From Thermoplasmata archaeon (lineage in GTDB: Archaea > Thermoplasmatota > Thermoplasmata > GCA-020350865): a DNA stretch of 64,000 nt. Positions 1 through 9,031 of the stretch are shown in pieces (within the stretch, counting starts at the first letter, position 1; the number at the start of each line of letters is the position of its first letter). The notes under the pieces are model-generated. The model was not told the DNA's origin. It did not search any database and was given only the letters and a program-made list of their open reading frames with translations. Location of the stretch: positions 3,436,248-3,500,247 of the forward strand of contig CP070751.1 of NCBI GenBank assembly GCA_020348445.1, in the 5' to 3' direction. The translations under genes were made by a program, and so were the position numbers.

Positions 1-2
1 CA

Positions 3-1703
3 GTTGGTGGAAATATAGGTGAAGTTGAGTTTTTGGTGACCTCAGGGCCTATTATGCGCATGAACGGAAATCATCTTCTTCTCCGCCAAGAACAGGATTA
101 CAGCCTCATTTCCGGAAGGATAAAGGACGTTTCAAGCCTTGAATACATATCTGGTGAAAATGGAAGTATCGAGGTGTTATTCACCCAAGAGAACGCAATA
201 AACATCTCATTGAACGATACAAGAGGCGAGGGAATCTCGGCAGACCTTATAATCGATCCTTTGCCCAGCTCCATATCTGTTAACCTTTCCGGACTCTTTT
301 CAACTGATAATGGGGTTTTCACACCACCACAACTTGATACAAGTGGAGTAATGGGATTTGCAGAAATAATCTTTGGATTTGCCACGCTCGGTAATGAGAT
401 ACTAAAGATCATCGATGATGCAACCCATGATGCTTTAAGTAATGTGGGAAATATAATTGAGAACCTTTCTTTTTCCTATAGAACCACCACCCATATTACC
501 CTAATAGGTAAAATCCTGAGGGGGAAGACCTATACACTTGAGGACGTTGATTGGGTACACGGCATTTCTGGAAGACAGGAAAGTACCTCCAATCAAACAG
601 CAATGGCAGCCAAACTGTATTTTACCGGGCTTCCTACCGAGGCCAGCATGGCAACAAAGATACAAGGCGATGATATATTCCTCGATTTTCACCTCAAGGA
701 TTACACCCCGATCCACGACTGGTTATTAATTGATGTAAAAGGTCTTAGGGATAGAGACGTGATGTTATACCTAAACGATATTCCAAGCAAGATGGATCTG
801 GATTTAAGTGTGGATCTTACAGCTAGTTTCAGCACCATACCCCAAAGTGCAGATGGCAGTATTCGTATGGACTCTGACAAGCCGATTGGCTCTCTGTATG
901 GAAGAATGAGACAGACCATTCCAGAGATCACCATAAGCGAAATCTTCCTGGATACGGTGCCAAAGACCCTTGATTGTGAGTTCAACCTAAGTGGTAATGT
1001 AGGGATCATGTTCAATGCAAACATTGGAATAGAGTATCTGTTTATCAAAAACACAAAATCCAGGGACGATGAATTTCACGATATTTACGCCATACTGCAT
1101 GAAGTTCCTGAAGAAATGGTTCTGTCTGTGGTTCCTGCCATAGATTATGATATAGACGGCTCACTCCTTCAAACCCTGCCCACACTTGACATGTATTCTT
1201 CTGGAGATACCCTTGATGCATACATTTTAGCAGACGGGAAAGGAATAGGTCAAGTGGGTGTGGTTGAGCTTCAAGTTGTAAATGCCCCAAGTACCCTGAC
1301 TGGATCTTTCTCTGGTGATAAATATAGGGTAAAATCAGCAGGCGTTGACTACCTGTGGATACATGTTATGGACCTTCCCATCATGAAAGATCATGAAACC
1401 AAATCCATTGAGTTGGTTGGTAAGGATATCATGAGCTTTGACATCAATGTGGACCAAATATTTGGAAATTATCCGGTGATAGGGATCGAAAATACAAAAG
1501 GTGGTGAAATACAGGTTGTGCTCGATCACGAGGTTGACGGCTCGAAGGTGGGGCTAGCTCTTGTCGACTTCCAAATAAAGGGCGGTTTGCCGCAATCCCC
1601 TAAGATCCTTATAAACGGGGGTTCCATAGACCTAGATAAGGACTCCTCCCATGTGATTATCCCAGCACCTGTTCTTACCTTATTCCTATCGGTATTCAGT
1701 TAA
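3..1703 (+). CDS. Hypothetical secreted/membrane-anchored protein, 5'-partial (begins upstream of the window)
   Basis: Frame is open from nt 3 with no stop before ORF 33..1703; beta-rich acidic sequence, hydrophobic C-terminus; no family motif recognised. Confidence 0.75.
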   Translation, partial: VGGNIGEVEFLVTSGPIMRMNGNHLLLRQEQDYSLISGRIKDVSSLEYISGENGSIEVLFTQENAINISLNDTRGEGISADLIIDPLPSSISVNLSGLFSTDNGVFTPPQLDTSGVMGFAEIIFGFATLGNEILKIIDDATHDALSNVGNIIENLSFSYRTTTHITLIGKILRGKTYTLEDVDWVHGISGRQESTSNQTAMAAKLYFTGLPTEASMATKIQGDDIFLDFHLKDYTPIHDWLLIDVKGLRDRDVMLYLNDIPSKMDLDLSVDLTASFSTIPQSADGSIRMDSDKPIGSLYGRMRQTIPEITISEIFLDTVPKTLDCEFNLSGNVGIMFNANIGIEYLFIKNTKSRDDEFHDIYAILHEVPEEMVLSVVPAIDYDIDGSLLQTLPTLDMYSSGDTLDAYILADGKGIGQVGVVELQVVNAPSTLTGSFSGDKYRVKSAGVDYLWIHVMDLPIMKDHETKSIELVGKDIMSFDINVDQIFGNYPVIGIENTKGGEIQVVLDHEVDGSKVGLALVDFQIKGGLPQSPKILINGGSIDLDKDSSHVIIPAPVLTLFLSVFS

Positions 1704-1737
1704 AACTTTTCCTTTGAAGTCCGTGGTAGGTTAGAAA

Positions 1738-2391
1738 ATGATTGGGGAAGAAGGAATCTGGCTATGTCCGGAATGCGGTCTTAAACTCTATCAACCTGTT
1801 TCTCAATGTCCAAGATGTCATTTATTGATAACACCCCAGCCTATCACACCTCAACCTCCTTCTCAACCTCCGTCTCAACCAGCTGTGGTCCAGGGGACCT
1901 ATTATCCAGAAATGACGCAAAAACCCCCGAAAGAGGAAAAAAATGTCAAACGAACAATGATGATAATACTTGTTATCGTTATAGCGGCATGTTTGATAAT
2001 AGTTCTCTCATACCATTTCGTGATACCCAGAATCGAGCTTAAAGTTGTCACCGTATACAGAGAGAGTTCGGGTTTGTCCATAAATGTGGACTCTAAGCTT
2101 ATGAACGAAGGTACACTGGACATCAAACATTTCTCAATGAATATAACGGTACTCAATTCCAGCAACGAGGTGGTTGCTAATGGTGTGCACAATGTCTCTT
2201 CAGTGGATGCACATTCTAAAAAAAGTTTTGATAACATACAATTTTTTGGAGACCAATACGAGCCCTATAAGATCGTCATCAAAATCGAATTTGAGAGCGG
2301 TGGAAAGGGTTATTCAGAGGAATATCGCCATAAAGTTGGAAAATACATGCATTCGAATTTCGAGGATAAATTCTTGAAATGGGGCGGTTGA
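1738..2391 (+). CDS. Zinc-ribbon, Pro-rich, single-TM membrane protein
   Basis: N-terminal CPEC..CPRC, PQPP-rich linker, hydrophobic helix MMIILVIVIAACLIIVL, extracellular beta domain. Confidence 0.8.
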   Translation: MIGEEGIWLCPECGLKLYQPVSQCPRCHLLITPQPITPQPPSQPPSQPAVVQGTYYPEMTQKPPKEEKNVKRTMMIILVIVIAACLIIVLSYHFVIPRIELKVVTVYRESSGLSINVDSKLMNEGTLDIKHFSMNITVLNSSNEVVANGVHNVSSVDAHSKKSFDNIQFFGDQYEPYKIVIKIEFESGGKGYSEEYRHKVGKYMHSNFEDKFLKWGG

Positions 2392-2487
2392 GGGGATTTG
2401 CTCCTTTATTCATTTGAGAATAGCAATTCTTTTAGCGTCGTCGCTATATTTTAATAGCACAATGCAGATACAGTTTGGCGTAAAAAA

Positions 2488-2552
2488 AGGAGCCAATTGA
2501 ATCCATTACCGCTACGCAAAATACCGCTTAATGCCGCGGTAACTCAGTTTGG
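2488..2552 (+). repeat. Copy 1 of an exact 65-bp direct repeat (tRNA-Phe leader plus tRNA nt 1-20)
   Basis: AGGAGCCAATTGAATCC...GCCGCGGTAACTCAGTTTGG identical at 2488-2552 and 2601-2665. Confidence 0.95.
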
Positions 2553-2600
2553 TCTCGTGGCGCATGCGCGCCACTGACTCCCTCGCATGTAATGCTCGGG

Positions 2601-2665
2601 AGGAGCCAATTGAATCCATTACCGCTACGCAAAATACCGCTTAATGCCGCGGTAACTCAGTTTGG
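2601..2665 (+). repeat. Copy 2 of the 65-bp direct repeat, overlapping the 5' end of the intact tRNA-Phe
   Basis: Identical to 2488-2552; offset 113 bp. Confidence 0.95.
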
Positions 2666-2749
2666 GAGAGTGTCAGACTGAAGACCTTGTGGATAAGGTC
2701 CTAGGGTTCCGAAATCTGAAAGTCGCGTGTTCGAGTCACGCCCGCGGCA
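2646..2749 (+). tRNA. tRNA-Phe(GAA) with a 30-nt intron at the canonical 37/38 position (2684-2713); CCA not encoded
   Basis: Acceptor GCCGCGG/CCGCGGC, D stem ACTC/GAGT, anticodon stem TCAGA/TCTGA, T arm GCGTG-TTCGAGT-CACGC; removing 2684-2713 gives loop CTGAAGA. Confidence 0.95.
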
Positions 2750-2845
2750 TCCAATATCCATCATCATAAAGAAAAAATGCTCATCCTTAAATATCAGTTC
2801 GGATATAACTATCCAACGAGGCGAGGCAAAAAGGTTGTGATTTAT

Positions 2846-3229
2846 ATGCCAGTTCCTTTCAGCAAGAGGGATAAATACTCGACACCGGAAATAGATGAGG
2901 CGAAAAAGATTAGGGACGCTGCTAAAACCGAGCATAAGATCGCAAAGCTCAGAGAAAAGGCCGCAACAAAACGTAACAAGTCAGCTCATCAGAGGGAAAA
3001 GGCAGCTTTGTTCAGGAAAAAGGCTGCAAAGGCCAGGGAATTGAGCCTTATCTACAAGGAAGAGGCAGAGCAGCTAGAAATCCAGGCCAATGATCTGGAA
3101 AAAACTCTCAGGCCCATCTATCCTCATGAGAAAAGGGGGACAGGATACGGAGGAAGAGGAGAAGGAACTGGAGGCTACGATAGAAGGGACGGTAGAAGAG
3201 GTAGCTACGATAGAGATGACGAGTGGTAA
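2846..3229 (+). CDS. Basic coiled-coil protein with G/R/D-rich low-complexity tail
   Basis: ORF 2777..3229; likely start ATG 2846 after a GGTTGTGA SD-like site; K/A/E-rich helix then GYGGRGEGTGGYDRRDGRRGSYDRDD. Confidence 0.7.
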   Translation: MPVPFSKRDKYSTPEIDEAKKIRDAAKTEHKIAKLREKAATKRNKSAHQREKAALFRKKAAKARELSLIYKEEAEQLEIQANDLEKTLRPIYPHEKRGTGYGGRGEGTGGYDRRDGRRGSYDRDDEW

Positions 3230-3279
3230 TGTATTTTCTACCTAGAAAAATATGATTTTTAATTACCTAGCAATTACAT

Positions 3280-3912
3280 TTAGATTTGCAGGCTTTCTGC
3301 TGTTTTTTTAAGGTTTGAGGCCACAAAACCGCCTAGAACAGCCACATCCTCGGTTGGAAGAAGCTCTGCAATTGATGCATCAAAGAGCATGTTGGAGGAG
3401 GAGGGAACCTCCTCGTCACCCTTCCACAGTATTACGGTAACTGGAATTTTAGGAAAGGCGTTAATTATAATGGAGATATCGCCGTGGACTCCTTTCATGG
3501 CATTGATACGATTCCCCACCTCAGTGAGAATCTCGGGATTCTGCCCAAAAGCCTCGGTTATTTTATTTATGGCCCGTGCACAGAATGCACTGTAGTATAT
3601 ATCTCCACCTTCAAGTTCCCGAAAGGAAATCAATTTGCCTTCAGGCTCTATATCCTTTGCATTTGTAAGGTAGTGAAGAAGAAGAACTGCTAAAAAAGGG
3701 TACACGTCCTGATTCCGTGAATCTTTTACCTTTCTTTTTTCTGGAAAAACGTGATATATCTCTCCTAAAAATGGTAATATATAATAACCATCGTCAGAAT
3801 TGTAGGTAACTCTAGCATTCCTTACAACTTCATCTGGTTCTACAGCGCAAAGCTCATCCCAAGCATTATTGATGGCAGCCTCATAAGTTACTTTTTTCAG
3901 TTGCTGACTCAT
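3280..3912 (-). CDS. DUF3786-family protein
   Basis: Motifs LLLHYL, ISFRELEGG..Y, FPKIPVTVILWKGDEE, MLFD, LPTED; start taken at MSQQ. Confidence 0.75.
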   Translation of the reverse strand: MSQQLKKVTYEAAINNAWDELCAVEPDEVVRNARVTYNSDDGYYILPFLGEIYHVFPEKRKVKDSRNQDVYPFLAVLLLHYLTNAKDIEPEGKLISFRELEGGDIYYSAFCARAINKITEAFGQNPEILTEVGNRINAMKGVHGDISIIINAFPKIPVTVILWKGDEEVPSSSNMLFDASIAELLPTEDVAVLGGFVASNLKKTAESLQI

Positions 3913-4019
3913 GGTTCTTCGACCTTTAATCAAATAGGGTAAGGTCGACTTGAATTTGAAAGTTTCTACACATAAGTTTTAAATCACTATATCATATTTC
4001 TCAACTGCCAGGTAATAAG

Positions 4020-4532
4020 ATGATCACAGTGCTAAGGTTGGGACACAGAAGAGGAAGGGACAAGAGGATCACGACACATGTGGGGCTTGTTGCCAGGGCC
4101 TTTGGCGCAGACGAACTTCTTATTTCTACAAAGGACGGGGGCATCGAGGATACGTTAATGGATGTTAGCGCCAGGTTCGGGGGGGAATTTAGGGTGAAAA
4201 GCGGAATAAAGTGGAGAAAGGTCATTCAAAGATGGGAGGGGATTTCGGTTCATCTTACCATGTACGGGGAGCATGTGGATGATGTCATGTTAAAAATGCA
4301 AAAGGACAAGGATCTGCTCATAATAGTTGGGGCGGAAAAGGTGCCCCCTGAGGTGTATAAAGCCGTGGATTTCAACGTTGCGATGGGAAATCAGCCCCAT
4401 TCCGAGGTGGCAGCACTGGCAGTCTTCATGGACAGGTTATTAGGTGGAGGAGGATTGAGAAAAGATTTTTACGGGAACGTTAAAATAATACCCTCAAAAA
4501 AAGGAAAAAAGGTCGTGGAAGTTTGTGACTGA
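4020..4532 (+). CDS. trm56: tRNA (cytidine(56)-2'-O)-methyltransferase, SPOUT family
   Basis: LRLGHRRGRDKRITTHVGLVARAFGA, VHLTMYG, VGAEKVP, GNQPHSEVAALAVFMDRL. Confidence 0.95.
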   Translation: MITVLRLGHRRGRDKRITTHVGLVARAFGADELLISTKDGGIEDTLMDVSARFGGEFRVKSGIKWRKVIQRWEGISVHLTMYGEHVDDVMLKMQKDKDLLIIVGAEKVPPEVYKAVDFNVAMGNQPHSEVAALAVFMDRLLGGGGLRKDFYGNVKIIPSKKGKKVVEVCD

Positions 4533-5052
4533 AGTATTGCCCACAAGAAAGGATTGCCTTTCCCTACTAAAAGATACAAATTGCAGTGAGAATGTGATTG
4601 CTCATTGTAAAGCTGTGGAAAATCTGGCCATTAAAATCGCTAAAATGACAGATGCCAATAAGGAGCTTGTGAGCCGGGGCGCCCTAATACATGATATTGG
4701 CAGGGGAAGGACACATGGAGTAAAACATGCGTATGAGGGGGCAAAAATAGCCAAAAAGCTCGGTTTACCAGATAACATTATCCTGATAATCGAAAGGCAT
4801 ATCGGGGCAGGATTAACCAAGGATGAGGCTAAAAGCGTGGGGCTGCCTGCAAAGGATTATATACCAATTACATTAGAGGAAAAGATCGTTGCCCATGCAG
4901 ATAACCTAATCGATGAAAACGAAAAAAAGCCTGTTGCTGTGGTAGTAAAACGTTTCAGAAAATTGGGTTATAATGCCGCTGCAGACAAGATTCTGGCTCT
5001 CCATAAAGAATTGAGTAAAATCTGTAAAAAAGACCTGGATAGTATCAAGTGA
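4525..5052 (+). CDS. HD-domain protein (homologous to the C-terminal domain of Thermoplasmata Trm56)
   Basis: HCKAV, ALIHDIG, IIERHIGAG, EEKIVAHADNL; GTG start overlaps the trm56 stop. Confidence 0.88.
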   Translation: MTEVLPTRKDCLSLLKDTNCSENVIAHCKAVENLAIKIAKMTDANKELVSRGALIHDIGRGRTHGVKHAYEGAKIAKKLGLPDNIILIIERHIGAGLTKDEAKSVGLPAKDYIPITLEEKIVAHADNLIDENEKKPVAVVVKRFRKLGYNAAADKILALHKELSKICKKDLDSIK

Positions 5053-5113
5053 TTATTTTCGGATATAAATAAGACCAAAAATGATATTAACGAAAAGAAC
5101 TATCTTTTTGAGG

Positions 5114-5797
5114 ATGAACGAGACAGGTGTTCCTGATGAACTGCTTTTAGATATCACCAAGATATTTGTGGCCATGCTATGTGGTGGTATAATCGGCTTT
5201 GAAAGGGAGCTTAAGGACAAACCTGCGGGTCTGAGAACCAATATATTGGTCTCCACAGGCTCATGCCTGTTCGTGATATTCGGATTAAAAGCAGCTGGCA
5301 TGTTCGATGAGGAGGCTGGCCGCATTATCGGGCCGATAATAACAGGTATCGGTTTTCTGGGAGCGGGGACCATTATCAGGGCCAGGGGGTCGGTTAGGGG
5401 CCTTACATCAGCTGCAACTATCTGGGTGGTAGCGGGTCTTGGCATGTCAGCAGGGCTGGGATTGTTCTTTTTAGCACTCACAGTATCAATTCTGGTGTTG
5501 TTCATTCTCCTGATTCTGCCCAAGGGTGAGGAGGCGATATCGATACTTGGAGTAACTGACCTGGAATACGTTATTGTTACTAAACCCACTCAATCTGCAA
5601 TCCTTAGAACAAGACATATTTTAAAAGAGCTGTCCATCAATTACTTCAGGTTCCAGGTAATCAAAGATGATGGATCATACGAAATTAGATTCTTTGCACA
5701 TGGCAGGCATGCAGAATTATCCAGGTTGATTCCAAGATTGCTCGAGTTAAAAGAGGTAATGGAGGCTAAAATGGAGAATCCTAGGTATTCCTATTGA
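5114..5797 (+). CDS. MgtC/SapB family membrane protein
   Basis: GGIIGFERE...PAGLRTNILV, ITGIGFLGAGTII, GLTSAATIWVVAGLGM; likely start ATG 5114. Confidence 0.9.
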   Translation: MNETGVPDELLLDITKIFVAMLCGGIIGFERELKDKPAGLRTNILVSTGSCLFVIFGLKAAGMFDEEAGRIIGPIITGIGFLGAGTIIRARGSVRGLTSAATIWVVAGLGMSAGLGLFFLALTVSILVLFILLILPKGEEAISILGVTDLEYVIVTKPTQSAILRTRHILKELSINYFRFQVIKDDGSYEIRFFAHGRHAELSRLIPRLLELKEVMEAKMENPRYSY

Positions 5798-5828
5798 ACT
5801 GACTTTGGATTTTTCTGGAGGGGGATTT

Positions 5829-6221
5829 TTGAAAAAGGTATTGTTTATATGCGTAGGTAATTCCTGCAGAAGCCAGATGGCAGAAGGTTTTGCCCGACAT
5901 TTGGAGGGTAAGAATATTGAAATCAAAAGCGTAGGTACAAAACCTGCCCTATCAGTCTCTGGCAAAGCAACACAGGTTATGGCTGAAGAGGGTATTGATA
6001 TATCCTCCCAGTATCCAAAACCGCTTCTTGATGACGACCTAGAATGGGCAGACAGGATAATCCTTATGGGCTGTGGAGTCGAATGCCCAAATATCGGCTC
6101 TGTAAAGGATAAGGTGGAGGATTGGGGTATAGACGATCCCATAGGGCAGCCAATCGAGTACTACCGGGAGATTCGGGATGAAATAAAGGCCAAAGTTAAG
6201 AACCTGCTAGATAGGCTTTAA
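5829..6221 (+). CDS. arsC: Arsenate reductase / low-molecular-weight phosphatase family
   Basis: VLFICVGNSCRSQMAEG P-loop, MGCGVECP, DWGIDDPIG; likely TTG start 5829. Confidence 0.88.
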   Translation: MKKVLFICVGNSCRSQMAEGFARHLEGKNIEIKSVGTKPALSVSGKATQVMAEEGIDISSQYPKPLLDDDLEWADRIILMGCGVECPNIGSVKDKVEDWGIDDPIGQPIEYYREIRDEIKAKVKNLLDRL

Positions 6222-6244
6222 AAACCTAATTGAAGAGATTTCTA

Positions 6245-6919
6245 CTACCACACCCTGCCACCGCATTCAGAGCAGAATTTGGATGTAGTAGATATAGAGG
6301 CCTCACATCTTGGGCATTTTCTAGTTTCATTGTAATTAGATGGAGGTATATCGTATGATCCCTTCTCCTCCCATTTTTGAAGCGCCCGTGCAGGAAGGTA
6401 TGAAATGGGTATTAAAAGTACAGATGACAAGAAAAACAGGAATCCACCTCCACCCTGGATTATTCCTTGTTCTCCTAATCCGCTTGCAATAAGACCAAGA
6501 AAAATAAAACGTGTGAGCATTGCAGTAATTCCAACACCTAAGGCCATCTTCTTACCTGCTTTTGAGCCTATATAGAACAGAACCAGTATCAGTAAAAGAA
6601 ACATAAATCCTGTGCTGAAATCCGGAAATCTCAACTCCCAAACCGGTACCGTCAGGATGGAAAGAAATATCACTATGAAGATGAAAAGTATCCTAAACGG
6701 GAGTCCGTATCCGTAGATCTGTTTGTACATTTTTGCAGCTTTACGGGGCGAGTCCATTTCTGCAATCACTGTAGATTCCATCTCGGGTCCACCTGCAGCC
6801 TGTGCAGATTCCACGATATGACTGCGAAGTTCCTGGATTATTCCCTTCCTTGTCTTTCTCGGCATACTGAACATCCAAAGCTTTACCCTTGATAGATAGC
6901 GCTCTGTCTCCTGGGTCAT
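6245..6919 (-). CDS. DUF1700/HAAS-like membrane protein with C-terminal zinc ribbon
   Basis: YLSRVK...IIQELRSHI N-terminal helix, several TM segments, CPRC..CSEC tail; ATGA overlap with the PadR stop. Confidence 0.75.
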   Translation of the reverse strand: MTQETERYLSRVKLWMFSMPRKTRKGIIQELRSHIVESAQAAGGPEMESTVIAEMDSPRKAAKMYKQIYGYGLPFRILFIFIVIFLSILTVPVWELRFPDFSTGFMFLLLILVLFYIGSKAGKKMALGVGITAMLTRFIFLGLIASGLGEQGIIQGGGGFLFFLSSVLLIPISYLPARALQKWEEKGSYDIPPSNYNETRKCPRCEASISTTSKFCSECGGRVW

Positions 6920-7272
6920 TTTCCCGCCTCCATAACCTCTTTTATGCGCAACACCATGGTATTCCATTCTGCTTTCACCTCTTCCAATGCTTTAACTCCC
7001 TTTTTAGTTAAGGCGTAGTACTTTCTCGGCATTCCCTTATCCTTGGTCACCCATTCACTCTTCAAATAGCCTCTTTTTTCCAGACGGTGAAGGGCGGGAT
7101 ACAGGGTTCCTTCCTTGAGATCGTAGTAGCCGGATGATGCCTCCCTCAGCTCTTTTATGATCTGGAATCCGTACTTTTTTCCAGAGCTGAGCACTGTCAG
7201 TATGCAAAGCTGTATCGAGCCTTTTTTTAGCTCCCTTATCCATTCTTCTCCAATGCTCTTCATCTTGGCCAA
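6916..7272 (-). CDS. PadR family transcriptional regulator
   Basis: LKKGSIQLCIL, YGFQIIKEL, EGTLYPALHRLEKRGYL, PRKYYALTKKG. Confidence 0.93.
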   Translation of the reverse strand: MAKMKSIGEEWIRELKKGSIQLCILTVLSSGKKYGFQIIKELREASSGYYDLKEGTLYPALHRLEKRGYLKSEWVTKDKGMPRKYYALTKKGVKALEEVKAEWNTMVLRIKEVMEAGK

Positions 7273-7287
7273 TGGTATCCCCTACAC

Positions 7288-7320
7288 TCTATTTTTTAAT
7301 TGTGCTAAATAAAAAATAGA
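7288..7320. promoter_or_regulatory. Perfect 11-bp inverted repeat upstream of padR (operator or terminator)
   Basis: TCTATTTTTTA-N11-TAAAAAATAGA. Confidence 0.4.
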
Positions 7321-7340
7321 ATGAGGAGTTCTATCCACCC

Positions 7341-8963
7341 TCATGGAGGCATGGGGGGCGGTTGGGGTGGAATATAGTTATTATCCTCATCCATTAAATG
7401 AGACTCTCTTTCAAGTACTTTTCTTTCCTTGCGGCGTCTTGCAGCAACTACAGCTCCTACAATAAAAACTGCCATCAAAGAGAGTAGAAACTGTCCTGCA
7501 ACAAGGTTCCCTGGTAGTAAATTTAGAGCCCAGCCAATATCGAAAAGCAGGGCTGTAGCAATCAGGGATGGATCGTGGTAAATATCCTCACCCGCGGGGT
7601 AGATGTATCCCCCCTGGATAATGAAACCTGTGAGGTACAAGGTTTCTTCCTTACTGTTCTTGGGTTCTGTTTCCCCTTCAAATTTCTGACCTCCGTGGAC
7701 TTGATAGGTAATATTCTCATCTTCACCATCAATAACTGCATCACTGACCCAGGTAAGCTCGCCTATCTCCTGCCAGTTGTCCTTGAACCTGATGACGTCC
7801 TTGCTTACAACCTTTGCATCAACAATTCCGTCGCCATCTGCATCCTCATCTTCGGTGGCATTTGTTCCAACAACCGCACCCACTGCATCCTCCTGATTTG
7901 GATCAAGGGCTTCGTATTCTGCCTTTCCGCCGCCCTTGAGTTTGTACATGAACTGCTCTCCCATCCAATCCTCCACTGTTTCAGGAATACCGTTTGCAAA
8001 GAATCCGTGATTAATAAGTACAAGACCATCACCACCTGAGTAATCCCAGCCTTCAATTAGATGGTCAAATTTAAAGTCAGCAACAACCGAGGTTCCCACA
8101 TAATCCTTGGTCTTAACAAACTTAGAATCAATAACAGATTTATGGTTTCCAGAATCCACTGTCACCTCGTACCATGGCACACCTATGATGTCCACCTCTT
8201 CAACATTTGCAGTTATATGGAACGTGAATTCCAGTTTCTCTAACTTGTTGTCAGGGTCCCCGAGAACATGTCCCCATTCCTCTGTTTCTATACCGTAAGT
8301 GATATTTTCAGCTTTCAAGGAGAAATCCCATGATTTGGAAGTGGTATCCTCGGGATTGCTTGTTTCCACCACAGGAGATCTTTCCCATGCCCGATTAAGG
8401 TCTATAGCCTTGGTTACTGTCTCATGTCTGTCACTTATTGCCCATAATCCAGGGTCCTCTTCCCTTTTTTCGAAATCAAAGACTCCATTTCCCTCGTATT
8501 CTTCATAATAATCATAAGTCGTTGGTATGGGCTCGGCAAAGCGCCCATCATCCTTGTACTCGAAAAGAACATGGAGTCTCTGTCCAAAGACAGTTACAAT
8601 TGGTATGGGCTGCCTTCTAAGAAAATTCCCATTGGCCTCGTAAACATCTGCAGCACCCAGGAACCTTATATACAGACAAAAAATCAAAATCCCATTTGGA
8701 TCTTCCTCTGTCCCGTAAATGACGCCAAACCAGGATAGGGCACCACCTTTGGTCATGTTTATTGCAACATAATCTCCCTGATCCCAGTTGTCATCATCTG
8801 GTTTTTCTTTTGTCCCGGTCTCCAAAAACAGGTAATCATCAATATCCAGATCTTCTTCCTCATCATCCGCGCTCACAAATCCTGTGGTTCCAAGTGCACC
8901 CAAAAGCATGAGTAATACCAGAATCACAGACATCCAGAGGGTCTTTCTTTCGCCTTTTTTCAT
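7341..8963 (-). CDS. Acidic secreted protein with signal peptide, C-terminal TM anchor and Pro-rich tail
   Basis: N-terminal KK plus hydrophobic stretch, DADGDG Ca-binding-like loop, TM followed by ARRRKERK and PPQPPPMPP. Confidence 0.85.
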   Translation of the reverse strand: MKKGERKTLWMSVILVLLMLLGALGTTGFVSADDEEEDLDIDDYLFLETGTKEKPDDDNWDQGDYVAINMTKGGALSWFGVIYGTEEDPNGILIFCLYIRFLGAADVYEANGNFLRRQPIPIVTVFGQRLHVLFEYKDDGRFAEPIPTTYDYYEEYEGNGVFDFEKREEDPGLWAISDRHETVTKAIDLNRAWERSPVVETSNPEDTTSKSWDFSLKAENITYGIETEEWGHVLGDPDNKLEKLEFTFHITANVEEVDIIGVPWYEVTVDSGNHKSVIDSKFVKTKDYVGTSVVADFKFDHLIEGWDYSGGDGLVLINHGFFANGIPETVEDWMGEQFMYKLKGGGKAEYEALDPNQEDAVGAVVGTNATEDEDADGDGIVDAKVVSKDVIRFKDNWQEIGELTWVSDAVIDGEDENITYQVHGGQKFEGETEPKNSKEETLYLTGFIIQGGYIYPAGEDIYHDPSLIATALLFDIGWALNLLPGNLVAGQFLLSLMAVFIVGAVVAARRRKERKVLERESHLMDEDNNYIPPQPPPMPP

Positions 8964-9014
8964 GGTTTCACATCCTTTCTACATAGCGGGGCTATTATCC
9001 TAACACTGCTATGC

Positions 9015-9031
9015 ACATAGTATCACTATGT
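9015..9031. promoter_or_regulatory. Palindrome, possible operator upstream of the 8963-start gene
   Basis: ACATAGT-ATC-ACTATGT. Confidence 0.3.

Noticed and set aside
2553-2600. Sequencing adapter or second tRNA (Trp-like ACTGACTCC) in the 48-bp spacer
   Set aside because: Does not match the Illumina TruSeq/Nextera adapter cores I know; no T-arm or acceptor stem can be formed.
2657-2935. 92-aa minus-strand ORF over the tRNA
   Set aside because: Antisense to tRNA-Phe and the real + strand CDS; no family signal.
5053-5589. 178-aa antisense ORF over mgtC, and similar shadows over arsC, acyl-CoA dehydrogenase, rpl1/rpl10, infB and gdh
   Set aside because: Fully overlap confidently identified genes on the opposite strand.
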